A stretch of DNA of 64,000 nucleotides from Thermoleophilia bacterium. GTDB lineage: Bacteria > Actinomycetota > Thermoleophilia > Gaiellales > F1-60-MAGs149. The DNA is taken from NCBI GenBank assembly GCA_009694475.1, contig SHUX01000001.1, positions 1,098 to 65,097 of the forward strand, given 5' to 3'. Positions 17,748-27,201 of the stretch are shown here, piece after piece; positions within the stretch are counted from its first letter, which is position 1, and the number at the start of each line of letters is the position of its first letter. Both the position numbers and the translations under genes were made by a program. Below the pieces are notes generated by a model. That model saw nothing but the letters and a program-made list of their open reading frames with translations, was not told the DNA's origin and did no database searches.

Positions 17748-18698
17748 TCAGCCTACGCGGCCGCCGCGCACGGGGCGCTCGCGCGTCTCGTCCGGGAAGA
17801 CCGCCTTGTCGCCCAGCGAGATCCGCGAAAACTGCAGAAACGAATTGATCAGCCGCCCAGGCGGTCGCGACGCGCTGCGCACCGCATAAAAGAGACGCCT
17901 CGGCTCGAACCCCTTCACGGTTGCTGTCGCCAATCGCCCCTCATCAAGCTCGCGTTCGACGGCCAACCGCGAGAGGAACGTCACACCCAGCCCCGCCTCG
18001 ACAGCAGACTTGGCCGACTCCTGCAGGCCCAGCTCGGCAACAACGTTGAGATCACGAACCCGCACTCCTGCCGCGCGAAGCTCACGCTCGACAACGGTGC
18101 GCACACCGGCACCCTCCTGCTGGACAACAAGCGGCACGTCGAGCAAATCGCGCATCTCGACCTCCTGCCCGGCAAAAGAATGATCTGTCGGCACCACGAG
18201 CACGACCTCGTCGCGCAAGAAAGGCTCGAAGACCAGTGAGCGGTGCGGCCGCTCCGCACCAACGATGCCGAACTCCAATTGGCGATCGAGGATACGGTCC
18301 ACGATTGTCTCCGTGTCGTCGACGCGCAGTGAGACGATCACCTCAGGGTACTGCTTATGAAACGCGCCGAGCAGCGCAGGCAGCACGCGTTCGCCAGGGC
18401 CCGTCGAAGCACCAACGATCAAATGCCCCGTCAGCTCGTCGCCCTCATCCTCCAGACTGCGAAACAGGTCGCGCTCGGCACCGAGAATACGCTGCGCATG
18501 GCGATACGCGACGTGGCCGGCCTCGGTCGGCTCGACCACGCGGCCCGAACGGTCGATCAGTTGGCAGCCAAGGCGCTTCTCGAGTGAGCGAATCGCCAAG
18601 GACACCGCTGGCTGAGTAACACCTAGCTGCTCGGCGGCGTGCGAAAAACTAGAACGATCAACGACGGCGACAAGAGCTGCAAGCTGCTTGGTGTCCAT
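17748..18698 (-). CDS. LysR-family transcriptional regulator
   Basis: The N-terminal wHTH reads LAALVAVVDRSSFSHAAEQLGVTQPAVSLAIRSLEKRLG, followed by a LysR substrate-binding domain. Confidence 0.9.
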   Translation of the reverse strand: MDTKQLAALVAVVDRSSFSHAAEQLGVTQPAVSLAIRSLEKRLGCQLIDRSGRVVEPTEAGHVAYRHAQRILGAERDLFRSLEDEGDELTGHLIVGASTGPGERVLPALLGAFHKQYPEVIVSLRVDDTETIVDRILDRQLEFGIVGAERPHRSLVFEPFLRDEVVLVVPTDHSFAGQEVEMRDLLDVPLVVQQEGAGVRTVVERELRAAGVRVRDLNVVAELGLQESAKSAVEAGLGVTFLSRLAVERELDEGRLATATVKGFEPRRLFYAVRSASRPPGRLINSFLQFSRISLGDKAVFPDETRERPVRGGRVG

Positions 18699-18700
18699 GC

Positions 18701-20569
18701 TTAGTGGTTGACCCGCGGCCCGGTCATACCCTCACGCGACGGTGATTGAGCAGCATCGAAGTAGAGTCGCAGCGCCTCGTCATCTTCACCGTTAGCCAGT
18801 GCAGCCTCGATTGCGTCGAGGCGCTCGCCCAGCCAGGTCGCGTCGATACGGCCACGGCGAGCACGCATCAGCTTGTCGTGATGCGTACGCTCAACGGACT
18901 CGTCGTCCGAGAACAGGCGCTCGTGCAATTGCTCACCGGGACGGCGGCCGACGACGACGACCTCGATGTCCTTACCGGGCTCGCGGCCCATCAGGCGAAT
19001 CATGTCGTGCGCAAGATCCCAGATTTTGACGGGGTCGCCCATGTCGAGCACGAAGACATCGCCCGACTGGCCAACACCACCAGCCTGCACGATCAGCTGA
19101 ACAGCCTCGGGGATCGTCATGAAGAAGCGGGTCATCTCGGGGTCGGTGACCGTGACCGGGCCGCCTTCGTCAATCTGGCGGCGGAAGGTCGGAATCACCG
19201 AGCCGGACGAGCCGAGCACGTTGCCGAAGCGGACGGCCATAAAGCGCGTATTGGGATGCTGCTGCGCCTCGGCCTCGACGACGTACTCGCAGAGCGCCTT
19301 CGAGGCGCCCATCGCCGTCTCGGAGATGACGGCCTTGTCGGTCGAGACCAACACAAAACGCTCAACGCCAGCATGCGCCGCAATCTCGGCGAGCGAGCGC
19401 GTTGCGATGACGTTGTTGCGCAGAGCGCTAAACGGATTGCCCTCCATCAGCGGCACGTGTTTATAGGCGGCGGCGTGGAAGATCACACTCGGCTTGGCCT
19501 CGGCAAGAATCTTGCGCATCCGGTCCGAGTCCTTGACGTCGGCCACGCACGAGACGACATTACGAATCTCGTGCTCGCGCAACCACTGATCAATCTCGAA
19601 GAGGTTGTCTTCGGCATGGTCGATCAGAGTCAGCCTCGCAGGCGACAAACGACTGATCTGCCGCACAAGTTCCGAGCCAATCGAGCCACCGGCGCCGGTC
19701 ACGACGACAGATTCGCCCGCCAGATAGCCGCCCATCGAGGCGAGGTCGAGGTTGACCGGCTGACGCCCGAGGATGTCCTCGACGCGAACTTCTCGCAGAC
19801 GTCGCAACAGGTTTGGGTCGCCGTCGAGCAGGTCGTAAAGCCCTGGCAGCGTCTTGACTGGCACGCCGGCACGCCGACACGCGTCGACAACACGTTGGCG
19901 CGCAGTACCATCGGCGCCGGGCATCGCGATCACAACCTCGTCGGGCGGCGAGGACTTGAGAATCGCGGCAAGATCGTGCGTCGTGCCATCGACCTTGACA
20001 CCGTGGAGGCGCATGCCCTGCTTGCGGGGATCGTCGTCGCAGAGCCGAATTGGCGTCATCCGGAGCGATCGGTTTCCGAGCATTTCCCGAACGATCACTG
20101 AGCCGGCATCGCCAGCGCCAACGACGAGCACTTCACGGCCACGTGGGAACAGCGTGCCGCGACCTTCAAGGATCGTGCGGGCAATCGCGCGGACTCCAAC
20201 CGTGCCGAGCAGCAGTAAGAGGAAGAAAATAATCAGCACACCACGGGGCGGGGTCGCTGCGACCGGGGGAAACAGCGTCGCGTAGAGCGCCACAACGACG
20301 ACCGCGATCAGCGATGCGCGGACCAGCAATCGAACGTCGCGCAGCGAGACGTAGCGCCACCAGCGTGTGTACAGGCCATTGAGTACGAAGATCGCGACCG
20401 TCAGCACGACGACCCATGGCAGCGTCGCCCAGAACAGCGTATTCGCCCAGATCGGCATCACATCGAAACGCAATTGGAATGCAAGCCACCACGCCACGGC
20501 GACGACGGCGGCGTCGGCAGCTAAGTGACCGAGCCGATGCCAGGAGGGAAAGCGCATATCAGCAATCAT
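18701..20569 (-). CDS. Polysaccharide biosynthesis protein, membrane-anchored NDP-sugar 4,6-dehydratase (CapD/PglF/WbpM-like)
   Basis: N-terminal TM helices are followed by two Rossmann regions (VVGAGDAGS and VTGAGGSIGSEL) and HAAAYKHVP. I propose the ATG at 20569 as the start; 20557 is also possible. Confidence 0.85.
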   Translation of the reverse strand: MIADMRFPSWHRLGHLAADAAVVAVAWWLAFQLRFDVMPIWANTLFWATLPWVVVLTVAIFVLNGLYTRWWRYVSLRDVRLLVRASLIAVVVVALYATLFPPVAATPPRGVLIIFFLLLLLGTVGVRAIARTILEGRGTLFPRGREVLVVGAGDAGSVIVREMLGNRSLRMTPIRLCDDDPRKQGMRLHGVKVDGTTHDLAAILKSSPPDEVVIAMPGADGTARQRVVDACRRAGVPVKTLPGLYDLLDGDPNLLRRLREVRVEDILGRQPVNLDLASMGGYLAGESVVVTGAGGSIGSELVRQISRLSPARLTLIDHAEDNLFEIDQWLREHEIRNVVSCVADVKDSDRMRKILAEAKPSVIFHAAAYKHVPLMEGNPFSALRNNVIATRSLAEIAAHAGVERFVLVSTDKAVISETAMGASKALCEYVVEAEAQQHPNTRFMAVRFGNVLGSSGSVIPTFRRQIDEGGPVTVTDPEMTRFFMTIPEAVQLIVQAGGVGQSGDVFVLDMGDPVKIWDLAHDMIRLMGREPGKDIEVVVVGRRPGEQLHERLFSDDESVERTHHDKLMRARRGRIDATWLGERLDAIEAALANGEDDEALRLYFDAAQSPSREGMTGPRVNH

Positions 20570-20622
20570 TATAGGTGCGTATCGAATCCCCTGCGCGTCC
20601 AAGGCGACGGTTCGATAACGGT

Positions 20623-20658
20623 CGCGGACATGACAAGTGCGCACTTGTCATGTCCGCG
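20623..20658. repeat. Type-B perfect 36-bp palindrome
   Basis: CGCGGACATGACAAGTGC|GCACTTGTCATGTCCGCG has every position paired. It sits in the 123-bp gap between the DUF354 gene and the capD-like gene, which are on the same strand. Confidence 0.9.
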
Positions 20659-20692
20659 TACCAATGCGGACCCTGACCTGATGGTGCTGCTG

Positions 20693-21700
20693 TCAGACGA
20701 GACCGGCGAGCGCCAAATCCACCAGCAGGGCCGGATCACGCAGCGTCGGTGCAGCCGTTGGCCCGCGGGGAGCAATCACGAGGTCTTCCACGCGCGTCAG
20801 TTGCTGGAGTCGCCCATCCGCAATCAGCGCGCTATCGACGGCACCGAGCGTGCCCGCAAAGGTCGTCCAGACAGGTATGCCGAGGACGACAGCCTCACGG
20901 TTCATCGTCCCGCCCGCCGAGATCACAAGGTCGGCCGTCGCTACGAGACTGCGAGCGTCGACAGCGTGGTCGGGCACAATCACACGCGGTAGGTTGAGTG
21001 CGCGCACGGCCGCGCCCTGCTCTGCGGTGCGCGGCAAGACCACCTGGTCGACACGCGGGTCTGCCGAGAGCGTTGTCAGCACCTGATCGAAGAGCGGGTT
21101 GTTGATGCGGTGATAGAGGGCCAGTTCGGGCGGTGGTCGCATGATCGCGAGTAATGCGTCGGCCCGCACACCAAGGCCGTCGCGGACCGATGAGTCGGCC
21201 TCGAAGCCCCACAGTGCGTACTCTTCTTTCAGGCCAGGGAAACGCACGACCTGTGAGGCGCGAGCACCATGAACGGTGATCGCCTGAACGGGAATAGCAT
21301 CGGGGACGAGGACCCGAGAGGCCAGCCGACAATTGACGCCGTGCTGCAAACGCGCACCCTCGTAATCGAACATGGTGACGGCAGGAAAACCCAGTAGACG
21401 CGCCACAACAGGCTGGTCCGTCGAGCCGTGCGCGAGCCCCACGTCGAACTCGCGCCCCTTTGCCCAGCGCCGCAAGGCATGCACACGCCCGACGGCCGCA
21501 CGCCCCTTCCCGATCCGCGAACGCCCCCCATGACTGCCAATCTCCTCGACGCCGAGCCCATGCATCGCGGCCAACTCCGCCGTCTGGCCGTAGGGGCGCG
21601 CCGTCAACTCGACCGTCGCACCGCGCGCCTCCAGCACGCGTACCAGCGGAGCCAACACCAGTACGTGCGGCGCGTTGGTGAGGTCGATCCAGACGCGCAT
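20693..21700 (-). CDS. DUF354-family protein (GT-B-like, unknown function)
   Basis: 335 aa. The N-terminus MRVWIDLTNAPHVLVLAPLVRVLEARGATVELTARPYGQT matches the DUF354 pattern. Confidence 0.6.
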   Translation of the reverse strand: MRVWIDLTNAPHVLVLAPLVRVLEARGATVELTARPYGQTAELAAMHGLGVEEIGSHGGRSRIGKGRAAVGRVHALRRWAKGREFDVGLAHGSTDQPVVARLLGFPAVTMFDYEGARLQHGVNCRLASRVLVPDAIPVQAITVHGARASQVVRFPGLKEEYALWGFEADSSVRDGLGVRADALLAIMRPPPELALYHRINNPLFDQVLTTLSADPRVDQVVLPRTAEQGAAVRALNLPRVIVPDHAVDARSLVATADLVISAGGTMNREAVVLGIPVWTTFAGTLGAVDSALIADGRLQQLTRVEDLVIAPRGPTAAPTLRDPALLVDLALAGLV

Positions 21701-21706
21701 CGCGCC

Positions 21707-22816
21707 TTACGCGACCGCTGCCAACGAGGCCTCGAGCGCGCCCACAAGCGTCGCCTGATCGGCCGGGGGCAGCGTCGGGTGCATCGGCAACGCCAGACAC
21801 TCGCGGGCAGCACGCTCTGTCTCTGGCAGGCTTCCGACTGCATAGCCGAGATCCGCGAAGACGGGCTGGAGGTGGTGCGGGGTGTCGTAGTAGACAACGT
21901 TGCCGACCTCTGCCGCCTTGAGTGCAGTCTGGACGGCCGCACGATCGTGACAGCGGACGACATAGAGGTGGTAGATCGGATCGGCGTCGAGCGCCGTGCC
22001 AGGCAACTCGACGAAACGGTCGAGACCAAGCTCGGCGTAGCGCGCCGCAGCGGCCTGACGCTGATCGTTCCAGCCCGCGAGCTCGGGCAGCAGCACCCGC
22101 AGGATCGCGGCCTGCAACTCGTCGAGCCGCGAGTTCATGCCGATCTGCGTAAACGTGCGCTTGTCCTTCGAACCGTGAAAACGCAACTCGCGAATACGCT
22201 CAGCGATCTCGGCATCGTTCGTCGTGACGAGGCCGCCGTCACCAAAGCCACCGAGGTTCTTGGTGGGAAAGAACGAGAACGTCGCGATGTCGCCGATCGC
22301 ACCGCAACGCGTACCAGCGAGCGACGCACCATAGGCCTGAGCGGCATCTTCGATCAGGATGAGGTTATGCCGATCGGCAATCGCTCGCAACTCTGCCAGC
22401 GGCGCCGGATGGCCAAACAGATGGACGGCCATGATCGCGCGCGTGCGCTCGGTCACAACAGCCTCAACAGCCGCCGGATCGAGCTGATACGTACTGGCAT
22501 TGATGTCGGCAAAGACCGGCGTGGCGCCGACAGCACCGATCGATTCGGGAGTCGCGTAGAAGGTGTAGGCCGGGCAGATCACCTCATCGCCAGACCCAAT
22601 CCCGTAGGCGCGCAAAGCGAGGATCAGGGCGTCCGTACCATTAGCAACACCAACCGCGTGGGCAACGCCAAGGTCGGCGGCCGTCTCAGCCTCAAAGGCC
22701 TTGACGTTCGGCCCGAGGATGAAGACGCCACTGCGAATGACCTCGTCGACCGCAGCCAAAATGCGACCGTGGAGCGGCTCCCATTGGCCGCGCAAATCCA
22801 TCAGTGGTACGCCCAT
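21707..22816 (-). CDS. DegT/DnrJ/EryC1/StrS-family sugar aminotransferase
   Basis: The ATG at 22816 gives MGVPLMDLRGQWEPL...ILGPNVKAFE...FSFFPTKNLGGFGDGG (PLP-Lys region). Confidence 0.9.
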   Translation of the reverse strand: MGVPLMDLRGQWEPLHGRILAAVDEVIRSGVFILGPNVKAFEAETAADLGVAHAVGVANGTDALILALRAYGIGSGDEVICPAYTFYATPESIGAVGATPVFADINASTYQLDPAAVEAVVTERTRAIMAVHLFGHPAPLAELRAIADRHNLILIEDAAQAYGASLAGTRCGAIGDIATFSFFPTKNLGGFGDGGLVTTNDAEIAERIRELRFHGSKDKRTFTQIGMNSRLDELQAAILRVLLPELAGWNDQRQAAAARYAELGLDRFVELPGTALDADPIYHLYVVRCHDRAAVQTALKAAEVGNVVYYDTPHHLQPVFADLGYAVGSLPETERAARECLALPMHPTLPPADQATLVGALEASLAAVA

Positions 22817-22864
22817 GTGCGGCAGGATACCGCCAGAACCGGGATGGGGCGGTAGGCTACGGGC

Positions 22865-24043
22865 GTGTCGGAGATGCCACGCATGGTTACGGATGCCGCT
22901 GGCGTCGACGAGGTCACTACTGCCGCCCGTCAGGCAGGTGCCTGCACGCTCGACACAGAGTTCCTCTGGGAGAAGACGTACGCACCCCAACTGTGCCTCG
23001 TGCAGGTCGGTGTTGGCGACGAAATCTGGCTGATCGACCCACTGGCCGGCGCACCACTCGAACCCCTTGGCGTGCTGATCGCCGACCCTGCGGTCGAAAA
23101 GTTGATGCACGCACCATCTGCTGATCTGATTGCCTTCGGACTGCACTTTGGCACGCTGCCTGCCAACGTTTTCGATACGCAGATTGCTGCTGGCTTTGTT
23201 GGTCTGACCGCGAGCGCCAGCCTCGATCGTCTGTTAGAGGCTGTCTTGAAAGTACGCCTCGACCACAACGAGACGTTCTCCGATTGGAGTCGACGGCCCC
23301 TCAAAGAGACGCAGATGCTGTATGCCGCTGACGACGTCCGTTACCTCGTGCCCCTCGTTGCAGCGCTCCGCGCATCGCTCGCCGAGCGTGGCCGGTCCGA
23401 CTGGGCGGCCGCCGAGATTACGCGCCGCTTCTGCTCTGTCGATAGCGCTGGGGGCGACCCCGAGCGCGCCTGGCGCAAGGTGCAGCGTCGTGGCCGCCTA
23501 TCGCCACAGGCGCAGGCTGTGCTCGTCGACGTTGCCGCCTGGCGCGAGACCTCCGCTCGCCGTCGCGACCAACCGGCTGGCTGGGTGATGAAGGACCCGA
23601 CTGTCGTCGAAGTGGCACGCGCGATGCCACGCTCTGCCAGCGACCTGCAACAAATTCGCGGGATGGGCAAGAGCCTTGGCGAGCGCGACACAGCCGACCT
23701 GCTGGCAGCGGTTGCCAACGGTCTGACACGCACACCTCCGCCGGTTGAACGCTCTGTCCCACAGAGGATCGCTAAGCAGGTGGAGACCGTCGCCACGCTG
23801 GCCGTGCCGATGGCTCGGATTCGCTGCATCGACGCTGATCTCGCACCAGAACTCGTTGCCAATCGCGCCGATCTCGATCGTTTCCTCGAGGCCGTGGTAG
23901 CGGACGAAGACCTTTCGACGTTGCCGCTTGGACAGGGTTGGCGCAAAGAGTTGCTTGGTGACGATCTGATCCGCCTCGTGGCGGGCAGGGTCAGTCTGTC
24001 CTTGAACCAGAGCGCGCCATTTCTGCGCATCGAAGACCGCTAG
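22865..24043 (+). CDS. rnd: Ribonuclease D
   Basis: 392 aa with a DEDD exonuclease domain (LDTEF, HAPSADL, YAADDVRYL) and an HRDC-like C-terminal region. Confidence 0.85.
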   Translation: MSEMPRMVTDAAGVDEVTTAARQAGACTLDTEFLWEKTYAPQLCLVQVGVGDEIWLIDPLAGAPLEPLGVLIADPAVEKLMHAPSADLIAFGLHFGTLPANVFDTQIAAGFVGLTASASLDRLLEAVLKVRLDHNETFSDWSRRPLKETQMLYAADDVRYLVPLVAALRASLAERGRSDWAAAEITRRFCSVDSAGGDPERAWRKVQRRGRLSPQAQAVLVDVAAWRETSARRRDQPAGWVMKDPTVVEVARAMPRSASDLQQIRGMGKSLGERDTADLLAAVANGLTRTPPPVERSVPQRIAKQVETVATLAVPMARIRCIDADLAPELVANRADLDRFLEAVVADEDLSTLPLGQGWRKELLGDDLIRLVAGRVSLSLNQSAPFLRIEDR

Positions 24044-24170
24044 CGTTGCGTGGGGGGACATGACAAACCGGGGTTTGTGGTGTCCCCCCGAACGTTGTGT
24101 CGAGTAGGTCCTTGATGTCGTTGTAGGGGGACACCACAAACCCCGGTTTGTCATGTCCCCCCACGCAACG
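24044..24170. repeat. Type-A nested inverted-repeat element, copy 2
   Basis: The arms 24044-24088 and 24126-24170 are perfect reverse complements over 45 bp (CGTTGCGTGGGGGGACATGACAAACCGGGGTTTGTGGTGTCCCCC), around a 37-nt unique centre. The element starts 1 nt after the rnd stop and overlaps the last 20 nt of mqnC. Confidence 0.9.
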
Positions 24171-25278
24171 ACGCCTCCGGATCGTCGTTGACGACCCGAT
24201 AGTACGTGTCGCGCTGGATCGGCTTATAGCCCGCATTGCGAATGATCCGGCAGAAGTCCTCGCTCGTGGCACGGTGTGTCGTACCGGCACTCGAAACGAC
24301 ATTCTCCTCGAGCATCACTGAGCCGAGATCGTCGGCGCCAAAATGCAGTGCGACCTGGCCGATCTTCATTCCTTGCGTCACCCACGACGACTGGATATGC
24401 GGAATGTTGTCGAAGTAGAGGCGTGAGACGGCCTGTACCAACAGGTACTCAAACGAAGTTGGCGTCTGGTTGACGGTCTTGCCGAGCTCGGTGTTGTCGG
24501 GCTGGAACGTCCACGAGATGAACGCGCGGAAGCCGGGGACCTCGTCCTGCAGATCGCGCAGGCGTCGGAAATGCTCGACACGCTCCTCAAGCGTCTCCAC
24601 ATGGCCGTACATCATCGTGGCGGACGTCGACATGCCCTGGCGATGTGCCTGGCGCATCACCTCGAGCCACTCGTCGCTCTTCGTCTTCTTGGGAGCAAGG
24701 ATCTTGCGCACGCGATCGACGAGGACTTCGCCACCACCACCCGGCACCGAGTCGAGGCCCGCGTCGCGTAGGCGCGAGAGCGTGTCGGCGATCGTCAGGT
24801 TCGCACGGCGCGAGATGTACGTCACCTCGGGCGGCGACAGAGCGTGCAGGTGGAACTTCGGATAGCGCTCTTTAATGTCTCGGAAGAGATCCTCGTACCA
24901 CTCGATCGACAACTCGGGGTTATGGCCACCCTGCATCAGACAGCCGGTGCCACCGACCGCGATCGTCTCCTCGATTTTCGCGAAGATGATGCGCTTTGGC
25001 AGCACGTAGCCTTCCCGCGTGTCACCCGGCTTACGGTAGAAGGCACAAAAGTTGCAGTCCGTCACGCAGACATTCGTGTAGTTGATATTGCGATCGACGA
25101 TGTACGTGACCTCACCCGGATTCGCCTTGCGATTACGAATCTGATTTGCGGCGGCACCGATCGAGACGAGGTCGCGCGACTGCATCAACGTCAGTGCGTC
25201 AGCATCGGACAACCGCTCACCCGTGACCACGCGATCGAGAATCTCGGTGACGGTTCGCGTGGAATCGACGACGGCCAT
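24151..25278 (-). CDS. mqnC: Cyclic dehypoxanthinyl futalosine synthase (radical SAM)
   Basis: 375 aa with IVDRNINYTNVCVTDCNFCAFYR (CxxxCxxC). It is adjacent to mqnA and mqnE. Confidence 0.8.
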   Translation of the reverse strand: MAVVDSTRTVTEILDRVVTGERLSDADALTLMQSRDLVSIGAAANQIRNRKANPGEVTYIVDRNINYTNVCVTDCNFCAFYRKPGDTREGYVLPKRIIFAKIEETIAVGGTGCLMQGGHNPELSIEWYEDLFRDIKERYPKFHLHALSPPEVTYISRRANLTIADTLSRLRDAGLDSVPGGGGEVLVDRVRKILAPKKTKSDEWLEVMRQAHRQGMSTSATMMYGHVETLEERVEHFRRLRDLQDEVPGFRAFISWTFQPDNTELGKTVNQTPTSFEYLLVQAVSRLYFDNIPHIQSSWVTQGMKIGQVALHFGADDLGSVMLEENVVSSAGTTHRATSEDFCRIIRNAGYKPIQRDTYYRVVNDDPEASLRGGT

Positions 25279-26078
25279 TAGCCCCTTACTCCTTGCGTTG
25301 CTCCCGCAAATTCGAGGTCGGGAGCCGAATCGATGATGCCCGCTTCTGCGGCTAGTGCGAAGTATCGCTGCAATCCCTCGCGCTTGCGGTCGCTAAAGCC
25401 GTAGTGAAGGTGTTCGAAGTAGCGGGCGAGGAATCCAGCCGGGAAGCTGTAGCGCTCGGCAGCAGCCTCGGCGACCAACGCAGCGTGCTCTGAGGCATCA
25501 GCAACTGCTGAGGCGAGCGCGTGATCAAGGGCGAGCAGGCGTTCGACTGCGACGGTTCGGCGCGCGGCCCAGACGGCAAACACCATCGGTAGCCCGGTCT
25601 GCTCGAACCAGAGTGCGCCAAGGTCGTGGTGCGGCGTGGGGTCTTCGATCGCCGAGCGCAAGGCCTCATCACCAATCAGGAGCGTGGCGTCGGCCTGCAC
25701 ACCCTCAGCCCGCAGCTCGACGTTGGGAAACAACACCTGAACAAGCGCCACGGACGCGGCACTCTTGCTCGTCACCGCGATGGAAGTGATCGCCGGTAGC
25801 GGAACATCGGTGACGAGATTGACCGAGTCGACCTCGCCTTCAGAGGCGATACAGACGCTGGGCAAGAGCACCCAGTCAGCCGCGTTGTGGGCGTAGGCGA
25901 TGCTAGAGACGTTGGCGACGTCCAGCTCGCCCGCCGCCAACAACTCGTTGAGTCTCGTCGGTACGGCCAGTGTCTCCTTGATCATGCGCGGCTCGAGTCG
26001 GTGCTCAAGTGACCACGCCAGCGGGAAGGTGTTGATGAAATCAACCCGACCGACGCGCAGGGGATTCACCGATCCCAC
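25278..26078 (-). CDS. mqnA: Chorismate dehydratase (futalosine pathway MqnA)
   Basis: 266 aa. LRVGRVDFINTFPL...LLAAGELDVANVSSIAY matches the MqnA family pattern. It lies between two radical-SAM mqn genes. Confidence 0.75.
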   Translation of the reverse strand: MGSVNPLRVGRVDFINTFPLAWSLEHRLEPRMIKETLAVPTRLNELLAAGELDVANVSSIAYAHNAADWVLLPSVCIASEGEVDSVNLVTDVPLPAITSIAVTSKSAASVALVQVLFPNVELRAEGVQADATLLIGDEALRSAIEDPTPHHDLGALWFEQTGLPMVFAVWAARRTVAVERLLALDHALASAVADASEHAALVAEAAAERYSFPAGFLARYFEHLHYGFSDRKREGLQRYFALAAEAGIIDSAPDLEFAGATQGVRG

Positions 26079-27178
26079 CGCCGTAACTCGTTGTAGAACG
26101 TGTCGCGCTGGACGGGGACCTTACCGGCCTCCTGAATGACACGGACGAGGTCGGCGACCTTCTCCTCGGTCGGCGTAACGGCGCCCGCAGCGTGGGCGAT
26201 CTTCTCCTCGACGACGGTGCCCTGAATGTCATTGGCACCGAACGACAGGCCAACCTGGGCGAGCGGCGTGGAGATCATGATCCAGTACGCCTTGACGTGC
26301 TCGATGTTGTCGAGCATGAGGCGCGAGACGGCGATCATCTTGAGGTCGTCTTGACCGGTCGAGAACTTCCAGCCGCGGCGTTCGAAGACGGTGTTCTGCG
26401 GGTGGAACGGAAGCGGAATGAAGGCCATAAACCCTCCCGTCTCGTCCTGCAATTCGCGCAGCGCGAGCAGGTGCTCGATGCGCTCCTCGTACGTCTCGAC
26501 GTGGTTGTAGAGCATTGTGCAGTGCGTCTTGAGGCCGAGGCTGTGCGCGATCCGGTGCGTCTCGAGCCACTGCGCACCCGGTTCCTTGCCCGGCGCGATG
26601 ATCTTGCGCACGCGCGGCGAGAAGACCTCGGCGCCACCCCCAGGCAGCGTGTCGAGCCCCGCGTCAATCAGGGCACGCAGTACCTCCTCATGGTTGAGGT
26701 CGGAGGTGCGTGTCATGTGATGAATCTCGGAGGCAGTAAAGAGTTTGAGGTCGACGCCCGGCAGGCCCTTCTTGAGTGCCTTAGTGATATCGACGTAGTA
26801 CTGAAAATCGAGGTGCGGGTTCTCGCCGCCGACCATGTGGATCTCGGTAAAGTCCTGCGTCGAACGAACCTCTTGGGCATGCGCGACGAGGTCGTCGATG
26901 TCCCACATCACGGCGTCGGCCTGCTTCGACGTGCGTGCGAAGGCGCAGAACTTGCACTTGACACGACAAATCGTCGTGTAGTTGAGGTACAGATTGTTGA
27001 CGAAGAAGACGTCGTCAGTACCGCCGCGTTGGCGGCGTGCAAGGTCGGCAAGAGCACCAAGTTCGAGCACGTCGTGCGACTCGAGCAGCGTAATACCGTC
27101 GTCGAGATCGAGGCGCTCGCCCGCGACAACCTTCTCGCGAATCTCTTTGAGTTCCGTGTTGCGCGTGATGGTTGCCAT
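26066..27178 (-). CDS. mqnE: Aminodeoxyfutalosine synthase (radical SAM)
   Basis: 370 aa with NNLYLNYTTICRVKCKFCAFAR. It is a paralog of mqnC, and the MqnE versus MqnC assignment rests on motif similarity only. Confidence 0.75.
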   Translation of the reverse strand: MATITRNTELKEIREKVVAGERLDLDDGITLLESHDVLELGALADLARRQRGGTDDVFFVNNLYLNYTTICRVKCKFCAFARTSKQADAVMWDIDDLVAHAQEVRSTQDFTEIHMVGGENPHLDFQYYVDITKALKKGLPGVDLKLFTASEIHHMTRTSDLNHEEVLRALIDAGLDTLPGGGAEVFSPRVRKIIAPGKEPGAQWLETHRIAHSLGLKTHCTMLYNHVETYEERIEHLLALRELQDETGGFMAFIPLPFHPQNTVFERRGWKFSTGQDDLKMIAVSRLMLDNIEHVKAYWIMISTPLAQVGLSFGANDIQGTVVEEKIAHAAGAVTPTEEKVADLVRVIQEAGKVPVQRDTFYNELRRWDR

Positions 27179-27201
27179 GCCAGATTTTCCTCAGTAGTGT
27201 T

